From positions 5,652-69,651 of the forward strand of contig NIVC01003920.1 of NCBI GenBank assembly GCA_002269645.1: a stretch of DNA of 64,000 nucleotides. The letters are read 5' to 3'. Under the pieces are notes generated by a model. That model ran no database searches, was not told the DNA's origin, and saw only the letters and a program-made list of their open reading frames with translations. The translations under genes were made by a program, and so were the position numbers. The stretch comes from Macrostomum lignano. Lineage: Eukaryota. Numbering within the stretch: the stretch's first letter is position 1; each line of letters begins with the position of its first letter. This document shows, piece by piece, positions 33,371 through 45,300 of this stretch.

Positions 33371-36300
33371 ATGCGGCACCAAAAAATTGTCTTTTTAGGC
33401 CTCTTCCTGCTCTGGCCAGTTGCTGGGGCGGCTCGACAAGCGGCTACCGTGCTCTGCATCATCTCTGACAAGGCTCCGTTCTCAGCCGACGCTGACTACT
33501 TCCGGTATGCTTTTGGCTACATCAACACTAACTTGAGCAGCCTGTTTCCCGAGGTGCAGTTCAACTACCAGCAAATTGTGACTGACGGGGTGAGAATCCC
33601 GCTATTCTACCTGCATGACTATTCATACTGTAAAGACTTCACTTTAGATTGTAGAACGAAAATTGGGGGGGGGGTGCTTGCTATCTGGACAGATTGCAGA
33701 AACAGGTAAAAACACCACCCCCAAACACTGAATAAAGTACAAGCTAACATCACTAACAAAAATCAACCCAGCCAAGTCACCACACTAATATTAGAAATGG
33801 CGAAATTTCAATGCGAACTCCGCACCGCAGGACAAGCTCGGCAGCGCGGCCAAGGCTCTGTTCGATGGCTACCTGAGCCCGCCCAACAAAGCTCTGCTCC
33901 TCGGACCGGCCTTCTCCCAGCAGGCGCAGATCGTGGCCGACATCGCCCAGTTCTACTACCTGCCGCAGGTGACTGCAGGGACGGCAGTCAAACAATTGTT
34001 GACGCCTTGATAGTATAGAAACTCCCCTATCAGAACATCGAGTTATTTAACTCAGTTCCACTACAAGGTCCAAAGAAGGAGTGAAAATAAATCTCTGCTG
34101 TGTGTGGGCTCAGGGCCATAGACACCTGGGAACCACCACAGTAAGTTTATTTTATAAAGTAGAGCAGAGCAGAATTTAAAGAAAGCCAAGAGGCCTAGAA
34201 GACGCTTGGCGTGAGCGCTCTGAAATATATCACTATTTTCCATTGGGTATTGTATAATTAAATTGATGCAAAATGTGGGTATTATAAAAAGAAATAATGC
34301 CATTATATAAAATTAATTATGAGTACAAAACTCTCGCAATCGTCTGACAACAACCGAATGACTCCGTCTCCTTAGTGCATACATAACAGTGGCGTCGCAA
34401 GCTTTTGGACTTAGTCAACTTGCGAGATATGTCGAAGTCACCAGGAAAAGTACCTGGTAAGACACCAGTGAAGTCTCCAGTGAAGATGCCAGCAATAGCT
34501 CCGAGCATGCTCTCACAGGATGCGACTTTGTCGAACCAAAGCAGCCGTCCAACGTCGGGAATGGCCGAAATAGAGCGATTGGACGAGAACTCTAGCCTGG
34601 AGCGATGGATGGATCGCTTCGAGATCGCGTCGAAGTTCTTCAACTGGAGCGCGACCGACAAGGCTCAGGTGCTGCTTTTGAGACTCGCACCGCAGCTGTT
34701 TGAAAAACTGGCGGACTATCTGGCGCCCAAAAAGCCTGGAGATAAGATATTCGACGAGCTGAAAACAGCGCTGGAGGATATAATGCTGCCCAAAACGTAC
34801 GTCCTTGCCGAAAGATTCAATTTTCAAAGTATAAGACGAGAACCAAACGAAACAGTGCGAGTGTTCTCCGAGCGATTGATCAAAGCGGCAGAAAAGTGTG
34901 AGTTTCAAAACAAAGACGAAAGACTGCGTGATCAGTTCATTTGCGGCCTAAACAACCAAGGCATTATTGGGAAGCTCATCGTCAAAGATCACAAGAAGCT
35001 CAGTTTTAAGGACGCAGCTAGCGAAGCAGAAGCGCATGCAAGTCTGTTGGAGACTCCTATTATGAAGAGTGCACCAAAAACTGATGCTGGGTCCATCTTA
35101 AAGGTCGATTTATCGAAGCCTAGAACCGTCGAAAAGAAGAGCAATCGGACTCACGGAAAGGGTCTCGAGAAGGCGTGTCAAAAGTGTGGACGCGCACATG
35201 CCAGGATGCAGTGCCCAGCGTTTGGGAAAATTTGTAATAAGTGCGGTAAGCCTAATCATTTTGCGAAGGTCTGCAGAAATGGTGAGAGTAAAAGCAGGAC
35301 ATCAGGCGGAAATTCTGTACAACATGTAGCTGGGAGTGGAAACATTTTCGCGGCGGAAGCCCGAAGGTGTTGTCAGCGACAGCAGCCTCGAGAGCCGATT
35401 GCTATCACGGTGAAGATTCTCGAAGCAAACAGAGGGCATCCCATCCGTTGCGAGCTCGATACGGGAGCTGGAGTGTCGATCTTGTCAGAAGCCTTGTGGA
35501 ACCAACTTGGTCGCCCAACTCTAAGACCTTCGGAAGTAAAGCTGGGAGGCTATGCGAGTGACCATACGTTTCAGGTATTGGGAAGGTATGAAGCGACTGT
35601 TGATATCGAAGGCGAATTTCGGACAATCAATTTTGAAGTTGTGAAAGGGAACAAGAGCTACGCTCTTCTTGGAAGGGACGTGCTTTGTGTCCATTTGGAA
35701 TCAAGTCAGGCTGTGGGAGAGGCGGCACCTTGTGCATCTATGAAAGCGCATCTAGAGTTAAAGGCGGGCGCGACACCGGAGCACATAAAGGCAAGGCCGT
35801 TGCCTTTTGCCCAACGTGAAGCTGTTCAGAGAGAGATAGATCGATTGCTCCAGGAGGGAATCATAGAGCCTGTACGTTTCGCAGAGTGGGCATCGCCTAT
35901 TGTGGTCGTGCCGAAACAACGTGGAGGAATTCGGCTTTGCGTGGATTACAAAAGGACTCTAAACCCGCAATTGGTACCTGACAGCTACCCGATGCCGACT
36001 CCGGAAGAGGCGTTTTCAGTAGTATCTGGCTGCAAGCGATACACGCTGCTCGACTTGGAGAAAGCCTACAATCAAATCGAGCTGGATGCCGGATCAAAGC
36101 CGCTAACAGTGATGTCAACACCATTTGGGAATTACCAATATAACAGACTAGTGTGCGGGATAAAAACGGCGCCGTCCATTTTCCAAAGATATATCTCAGA
36201 AGTAATTCAGGGAATTAATGGATCTATAGCCTACATAGATGATGTGTTGATCGGTGGAAAGGATGAGGACGAGCTGTTGTCAAGAGAGGAGGAGGTTCTG

Positions 36301-39300
36301 CAGCGGCTGGAAGCAGAGGAACTGCGTGTAAATAAGGAGAAGTGCCAGCGGAATCAAAGCAGGATTCGGTTTTTGGGCCACATACTCGACAACGGCAACA
36401 TTTACCCAGACGAAGAAAAAGTTCGTGCAATTAAAGACATGGAAGCGCCTAAAAACCTGGCTGAGCTAGAATAATTCCTGGGATTAGTGGCATTTTGCTC
36501 GCGGTTCATTCAGAATTTAGGTGACCTGACTGCTCCGCTGATGCAGCTGAAGCAAAAAAATGTACCCTTCGAGTGGGGACCGAAACAGAGCAAGGCGCTG
36601 GAAAACCTCAAAGCTTCAATATCTAGAGATGCGCAGCTAACGGCCTATGATCCAGATCGGCCTGTGGAGCTCGAGGTCGATGCTTCGCAGAAGGCCCTGG
36701 GAGGAATTCTGAGCCAGGAGGGTCGTCCAGTGCTCTACATCAGCAAAATATTGTCGAAGGCTGAGCGAAACTACTCGCAGATAGAACGTGAGGCGTTGGC
36801 CATAGTTTGGGGTGTTCGCAGATGCCATCGATTCTTGTGTGGCAGGAAGTTTACGCTGGTTACCGACCACAAACCGCTGGTTTACATATTTGCCGTGGAC
36901 AGCGAGCTACCTGCTCGTGTTTCAGCGAGATTGCAGCGTTGGTCGATTTTGCTTACGGCGTATGACTACGAAATCAAATATCGAAACACCAAGGCGATGT
37001 CATCAGATGCGTTGTCCAGACTAGTATCGCAGCATAAGAGTGAAGCAACTTTGGAGATTGGAAATGTAAATTCTTTCTGCACGCTGTTGCCAACTGAAGA
37101 GATTGTAAAAGCAACTCGAGAATGCAACGAGATGCAGCGCTTGTTGAGTGCTGCATCTCGTTGCATTAGATGCATAGATCAGATCAGGAAGTTTCAAGTC
37201 ACCGAAGCTACGAGCCTTCAAGCCGGTCCGAGATGAGCTCACAGTACAAGACGGTCTAATTCTTCGAGGTCATAGAGTAGGGATACCTCGATCACTGCGT
37301 TGTAAGACGATCGGAGTGGTTCACCAAGCACACCTGGGAATAGTCAAATCTAAATCTCTGGCAAGAACTGAGCTCTGGTGGCCAGCGATGGACAAAGACT
37401 TGGAGAAAACCATTAGCAAGTGCCGGGTATGCCGATCAGCCAAACCACAAAATAGAGATTTTCGGACGCCCTGGCCGCAGGCTGCTGGGCCATGGCAGCG
37501 AGTTTATGCAGATTTTGCAGGACCAATTCAGAAACAGTACATCTTGGTGCTGGTAGACGCATACACTGGTTACCCAGAGATTTACATCGTTAATGACATG
37601 AAGTCGACCACAGTAATAGAGCGTCTCCGTCGAACGTTTTCCCAGTTCGGAGTACCACAAACTTTGGTTACCGACAACGGGCCGAGCTTTATGAGTTCTG
37701 AATTGAACCAGTGGCTCACGGAAATCGACTGCGAGCATCTTACTACGCCAGCATATCATCCGCAAAGCAACGGTGCGGCTGAACGGCTGGTAAGAACTGT
37801 GAAGGAGACAATAGAAGCAAACGGGTTCAGTCAGAAGACGATTGACCGTTTTTTTTGTTTTATCGAGCGTCGGCTGGCAGAAACGGTGTTTCACCTGCAG
37901 AGCAAATGTTTGCGAGAAGGATTCGGGTGCCGTTCACTGCTAGGCAGGTCGGTCTCGAGGAGCAGGTGATTTACAAGAACTTCCGAGATGCTGCGGTTCC
38001 GGCAAGAATTGTGCTACCGCTAGGAAGGAGCATGGCGCTCATCAAGACTGAGGAACAGAAGCCAGTCTACCGGAGGGCTCATCTGGATCAACTGAGGCCA
38101 TGCACTGACTCTGATCAACAGCCTGGAGGGCAAACGGATCAGACGGCAGAGCAGTCCGATATCGACCAGCTGCCCAAGTCCGGGGAAGAGGGAGAGCCGG
38201 AGGACAAAGAGCATCTCCCACCGGAGGATCAAGGCCAGCCACGGCGCAGCTACCGACTGGCGCTAAAGCCACGAGTTGACTATAGATGCTGATGTTGGCT
38301 TGCATTGTCTATTCACTAACTTGCGCTACCCATTGTAAGGGGGAAGGTGCTGTGTGTGGGCTCAGTGGGCTCAGGGAACCACCACAGTAAGTTTATTTTA
38401 TAAAGTAGAGCAGAGCAGAATTTAAAGAAAGCCAAGAGGCCTAGAAGACGCTTGGCGTGAGCGCTCTGAAATATATGAGTACAAAACTCTCGCAATCGTC
38501 TGACAACAACCGAATGACTCCGTCTCCTTAGTGCATACATAACAATCTCGAATGACACAACTACAGAGTACGGATTGGGGCATCATCCATTGACACGAAA
38601 AAATAGCGGCAGGGTTGGTGGGGCGTTTCTCAAAACCATGAATTTCTAGGTTGGCTACTCAAAATAGTTCAATCAAATGCGATTTTTCGATTGTCTGAAG
38701 CGCAATGATGCCTGTGACCTTATGGTTTTGCTAAAAATGATGCTTACGACAGGTTTTTTGGAAGAACTTTTCGTAACCTGAGCTGTCAAAGCGCTGGATT
38801 CGATTACAGCTTGAATCTTAGGCACATCGTATAGATATTAGCAAGTACTGACTTTCCAGCCTCAGGCAATCCTTGGTGTGCTAGAAGCAATAGTAAAATC
38901 GTATACCTCGTGAAGCTATAGTAAAATGAATAGGCCGTCACCTACGTCTCCGTCTCTCAAATAGGCCGTCATCGGCTCCGTCTCTCAAATAGGCCGTCAT
39001 CGGCTTCGTCTTTCAAATAGGCCGTCACCCATGCCTCCGTCTCACGAATAGGCTATCGCTCTTACCTCCTAGTGATGGCTGCAAAGGACAGCAGATGTTG
39101 CCAGTTGATTCTCGGTGAAGGGCAGCCCACGATTTTGATGGGGACCCGCAGATTGGCTACTCGAACACGATGCCGGAGCTGAGCGTGAAGTCCCAGTATC
39201 CCTACTTTGTCCGGCTGCCCACCAGCCCGAGCCAGTTCGTGCAGCCGGCGATCGAGCTTCTGCTGAGGTACCGCTGGAGCAGATTTGCACTGCTCACCAC

Positions 39301-42300
39301 CGACTCGGAGACGGTCTACCATGTGAGTAACTTACTGCAGAATGCGGGTGCTGGATTTACCGCGGCAGAATAATTCCATGCAGTTGCTTTTGCCTTATCT
39401 GTCACTGGGACGATCATATTGCTACCCAAAGTCAGTTAATCGACCATTTTACTCGTATTTAACTTGAAATCAATTCAACATGAATGCAGCTGTGTGAGCA
39501 GGAACTGAGACTGAGTGATTGAGCTGCCGTGAATAAACCCCCGCAGACGTCCCAGGAGCTGGAGACCGCGCTCCAACGAAGAAACCTCACCAACTACCGG
39601 AAAGCGATTTACGGCCGCGATGCAACTGAGGTGATCGCCAGCTCGCTGGTACGGCTGGGGTTTTTAATTGCAACTTGATTCTCTGACGATTTTGCTCACG
39701 AACTGCAGCTCGAACCATTTCGCCCTTTTTTCAGCGCAACAACTATCGAGTTTTCGTGGTCGTTCGCGATGCTTCCGATGAGCTTCCCAGCAAGCGGCTC
39801 GAATGCATTGTAATTCTGGCTTGCAGTTTGACTTAATGAGGAACTGGGAGTAGCTAGGAATTGCTCAAGGGATTTTTATGATAAGTTAACGTGGCTTTTC
39901 AATTCACATCAGAGAGATTCGAAGATGACAATGGCTGGTCTTCAGAAAAAATCGGCTTCAACTGGAACTGTTAGGCCTCTTCACCTGGAAGCTTAACGAA
40001 TACGAGCTAGAAACTTATAGAGATTTATCGTTCGATGACTCAATAAATGACTGACTCGTGCACAATATTGAAATTTTTCTCTGAAGCCAATCCAGACATT
40101 TTTTCGTTCGAAATTGAGGTGCTCGTCGGAACCAAGGCACGGAGCACGGGGTATGAGGTTTCGAGGTACCCACGTTAATTAAATATCAAGGGGCTCATGA
40201 AAAATGTAATATTTTATTCTGGGCATAATCTTTTAGTGGTGACCTGGAAGTTTTTCGAGTATTAAATAATTCACAGATTTCTATTTACCCCGAGCAAAAC
40301 ATTTTGGTTCCATGCGGAAACAAATGTTAAAATTTCAAATTTCCAATTTCGAAAAAAAATTTGTCGTGACGCAATACTTGTGCCAAAATAGCATCTCGCT
40401 TAGAGCTTTTTCGGGCTCCTTGGCTCCATGTGAAAGGATCCCTGTGAAAAATACCTGAGCCAGGATTAGCGCTTCATTCCATTCATTCTTCTGTGATGAG
40501 AGCACATTGTGCGGTAGTCTTGTCAAAGTAACTGCCTCGATGGCACAAACCCTGCAGATTTACAGCCTCAGGGCCTACGGCATGAAGTACTTCTGGATTC
40601 AATTGGGATTTCCGGACTCTGCCACAGCGTCGTCGCAGGACAGCTGCACCGACTCGGAGCGGGCCCGGAGCCTTGAGGGCGCCGTGGAGTTCGACACGCC
40701 CGTCATGGAGCCCGGCCTGCCGGAGGCCCGGGTGGGCATCGCTGGCAAGGTGAGGCTCAGATGAGCAGCCATATTGACTGATTTATTCTTAATATAGAGT
40801 CAAAGCGTCCGGTACGCGAATTGCTGATCTCAAAGATAAAGCCAAACACTTTTTGTTGCTGAAGTCTTATTGGAAGTTGAATTTTGTCTCAAAATTTCAC
40901 AGGACTTTTGTTCAGGTCCTGTTCGAAAGCCCGAAAATAATCGCCTCCCTGCTCCCCATCAGCTGCTTCTGGTCGGCTCACAAAAACTATAAAGATCAAA
41001 AGAGATGGCAAATTATTGAAGGTTCTAATAAAGACTTACTTGACCTTCAATGTTGTTCAACCTTGGTGAGTGTGAGCTTCAGAGAGGGTTTACCGGCTAG
41101 AAAGTACATCATGTTCCCAATCTGCAGACGCTGGGCCAGTTGTACGCCGACTTCCTGGCCTCCAGACCGGCCGGGGCGAGCGCCACCCCGATAAAGTCGG
41201 TCTCCGGCTTCGACCTGCGCTTCGACGCCGCGATGGCGGCCGCTCTGGCTTTGAATTCCAGCCTGCAGACGGAGGCCTTCCAGGCCAGCCCACAGCTGGC
41301 GAACTCCAGCTTCAAGGCCCGCCTGTTCCGCAGCCTGCTGTCGCTGGACTTTCTCGGACTGTCAGTGAGCGAAAGACCAAGGGGCATTCCGTTCCTTTGA
41401 TTTCACTTGTGGCGGGTTAAATGCCAAGGAGCAAAAAAAATCATTACTGGATGCCTTGGAACAAATCCTGATATTTCATTGTTGTAAAGGTTTCAGAGCA
41501 CCTTCTGACTGATGCGCCATTTTATTTTACATCCTAGACGATTAATTTTGGTGCACCAGAAAGACACCTGTATTACTAACTTCTTCCGGTACTGCTTCAA
41601 CACAGGAAATACTACTTGTGCTTGCATTATTCTCTACCATTTACACAGTGCAGCTGGGATACCACAAAGGCTGTTTTATACACAAGCGAAGCAGACCTTA
41701 CATTGGCCAAAAAACTGGATCGTCTAACAACATCCCGTCTACACCAATCCTCTCAGGGTCCAGTGAGGTTTGACCGGCGAGGGGACAGGCTGTCTCAAAT
41801 TCGATTTTATCAGCTCAAAAGTGAGAACTGTTATTTTTGCTGCTATTTGCCACTGTAGGCTGTGTACCAAGTAGCAAGTAGGGAGCTAAAATATCTGCAA
41901 TCCTATTTGCCACTGTAGGCTGTGTACCAAGTAGCAAGTGGGGAGCTAAAATATCTGCAATCCTATTTGCCACTGTAGGCTGTGTACCAAGTAGCAAGTG
42001 CGGAGCTAAAATATCTGCAATCCTATTTGCCACTGTGGACTGTGTACCAAGTAGCAAGTGGGGAGCTAAAATATCTGCAATCCTATTTGCCACTGTAGGC
42101 TGTGTACCAAGTAGCAAGTGGGGAGCTAAAATATCTGCAATCCTATTTGCCACTGTAGGCTGTGTACCAAGTAGCAAGTGCGGAGCTAAAATATCTGCAA
42201 TCCTATTTGCCACTGTGGACTGTGTACCAAGTAGCAAGTGGGGAGCTAAAATATCTGCAATCCTATTTGCCACTGTAGGCTGTGTACCAAGTAGCAAGTG

Positions 42301-45300
42301 CGGAGCTAAAATATCTGCAATCCTATTTGCCACTGTAGGCTGTGTACCAAGTAGCAAGTGGGGAGCTAAAATATCTGCAATCCTATTTGCCACTGTAGGC
42401 TGTGTACCAAGTAGCAAGTGCGGAGCTAAAATATCTGCAATCCTATTTGCCACTGTAGGCTGTGTACCAAGTAGCAAGTGGGGAGCTAAAATATCTGCAA
42501 TCCTATTTGCCACTGTAGGCTGTGTACCAAGTAGCAAGTGGGGAGCTAAAATATCTGCAATCTTATTTGTCACAGACCTCAAAAGAAACCTGGTTGCAAC
42601 ATTTGACCCAACTGAAGGCAACGTCACTTGGCTTGAGGACCTGTGGTTCATCGGTGAGTTTCCTCTGGTTGGGGTGGCCGAGTATCACCTAATCAATACG
42701 TAAAGTCTAGCTCGTTTAATACATTATTTTCAATTTTAGCTCATAATTTATTCTGTTGGAAATTCAGTCTGCTCGTTTGCTGAAAAGGCGATCTGCATCG
42801 AGAGAAGAGGTGCCGATTTCACTGATCCTGAGCGCAAGCACGCGCATAAATAACTCATCCCCCTTGCAGTCTGAATCACGCACGCGCCAGTCTGAAGCGC
42901 AGATTTGCTGCCATGCACCCGCTAAGTCTAATGGGACGCGTTGTCCGCCACACCTTTTTGACCCCTCCGTTTTCAATTCGCTGCAGTAGATGCTGCAGAA
43001 ATTCACGTGCTGCCAAAAAGATTCGCATGCACTTTGCTTTCAAGAGTCCCATTCTGGCCCTCAATCCAGGCGGTCAGCCCCCATTGGACACCCCAGAAGT
43101 GATCATTGAGGACATCAGGCTCAGCCTTCCCGCCACGACTGCCATCGCGTCAATCTCATCGCTGGGCATGGCTCTGTCCGTGGCGGCGGTCGCTGTGAAC
43201 GTTCACTACAGGGAGCTGCGCCTCATCAAGATGAGCAGCCCGCTGGTGAACAATGTGATTGGCGCTGGCTGCCTTATGTGCTACGCCTCCTGCATAGTGA
43301 TGGCCGCGAACTCGCACTGGTCTGTGAGCACCGCCCTGTGCTGGGCGCAGACGGCCCTGCTGACCCTCGGCTACTCCGCCGCCTTCGGCGCCATGCTGGC
43401 TAAAACCTGGTGGGTGCACCGCATCTTTGCGAACCTCAAGCTGCGCAAAGCGGTAAGTCAAGTTGCTTGAGCCCGACTGGGTAAATCTGAGATACCAAAA
43501 ATTCCCGTTTACTTTTTGCGTGCAGCCCGTGCAGAGCCGGTACCTGCTGCTCTTCATCGTGGTGGTGGTGGTCGCTGACATTGTGCTCCTAGCACTGTGG
43601 GCCGGCCTGGACCCGTTGGCTTTGCAAGCTAGCGAGTATCTTGTTGAGGTGAGAATTGTACGAGTAATTTTGCATTGTAGCTCGTATATTGGAACCTTTG
43701 TTGCTGCGCTGAAGTGTGATCAGCTTCACGTCAGGTTGCACTTCCGTTATTTTCGGACTTAGGAAAGTGACCAAAAATTTTGAGCTTATAAAAGGGACTG
43801 AGTTTCGAGCAGGTGAAACGTCCGGTGTGCAAAAGGCTAGCACCACTGGTGGCGAAAATTTCACACTTTCCAGGAGCGATCGGACGGGTCAACTCTGAGC
43901 GCCAGAATTCTGCTGTGCGCCAGCCGCAACCAAGCCGTCTGGCTGGGCGCCGAATTCGGAAAAAAGGGTGAGCTCACTGTCTCCGTGAAATCCTGCGCTG
44001 CTGCAGGCCATATAACATCATCCATCGAAACTATCTGCAGATTTTTATCAGGTGGATGTCGAGCCTGGGTCTAGGGGCGTTGGGACGCACAGAGTAGAGC
44101 CTGGGACTAGAGGCGCTGGGACACACAGAGTAGAGCCTGGGTCTAGGGGCGTTGGGATGCACAGAGTAGAGCCTGGGTCTAGAGGCGTTGGGACGCACTG
44201 AGTAGAGCCTGGGTCTAGAGGCGTTGGGACGCACTGAGTAGAGCCTGGGTCTAGAGGCGTTGGGACGCACTGAGTAGAGCCTGGATCTAGAGGCGTTGGG
44301 ACGCACTGAGTAGAGCCTGAGACTAGAGGCGTTGGGACGCAATGAGTAGAGCCTGGGTCTAGGGGCGTTGGGATGCACAGAGTAGAGCCTGGGTCTAGAG
44401 GCGTTGGGACGCACTGAGTAGAGCCTGGGTCTAGAGGCGTTGGGACGCACTGAGTAGAGCCTGGGTCTAGAGGCGTTGGGACGCACTGAGTAGAGCCTGG
44501 ATCTAGAGGCGTTGGGACGCACTGAGTAGAGCCTGAGACTAGAGGCGTTGGGACGCAATGAGTAGAGCCTGGGACTAGAGGCGCTGAGACGCACTGAGTA
44601 GAGCCTGAGACTAGAGGCGCTGGGACGCAATGAGTAGAGCCTGGGACTAGAGGCGTTGGGACGCACTGAGTAGAGCCTGAGACTAGAGGCGTTGGGACGC
44701 ACTGAGTAGAGCCTGAGACTAGAGGCGCTGAGACGCACTGAGTAGAGCCTGAGACTAGAGGCGTTGGGACGCACTGAGTAGAGCCTGAGACTAGAGGCGT
44801 TGGGACGCAATGAGTAGAGCCTGGGACTAGAGGCGTTGAGACGCACTGAGTAGAGCCTGGGTCTAGAGGCGTTGGGACGCACTGAGTAGAGCCTGGGTCT
44901 AGAGGCGTTGGGACGCACTGAGTAGAGCCTGGATCTAGAGGCGTTGGGACGCACTGAGTAGAGCCTGGATCTAGAGGCGTTGGGACGCACTGAGTAGAGC
45001 CTGAGACTAGAGGCGTTGAGACGCAATGAGTAGAGCCTGGGACTAGAGGCGCTGAGACGCACTGAGTAGAGCCTGAGACTAGAGGCGTTGGGACGCACTG
45101 AGTAGAGCCTGAGACTAGAGGCGTTGGGACGCACTGAGTAGAGCCTGAGACTAGAGGCGTTGGGACGCACTGAGTAGAGCCTGAGACTAGAGGCGTTGGG
45201 ACGCACTGAGTAGAGCCTGAGACTAGAGGAGTTGGGACGCAATGAGTAGAGCCTGGGACTAGAGGCGTTGAGACGCACTGAGTAGAGCCTGGGTCTAGAG

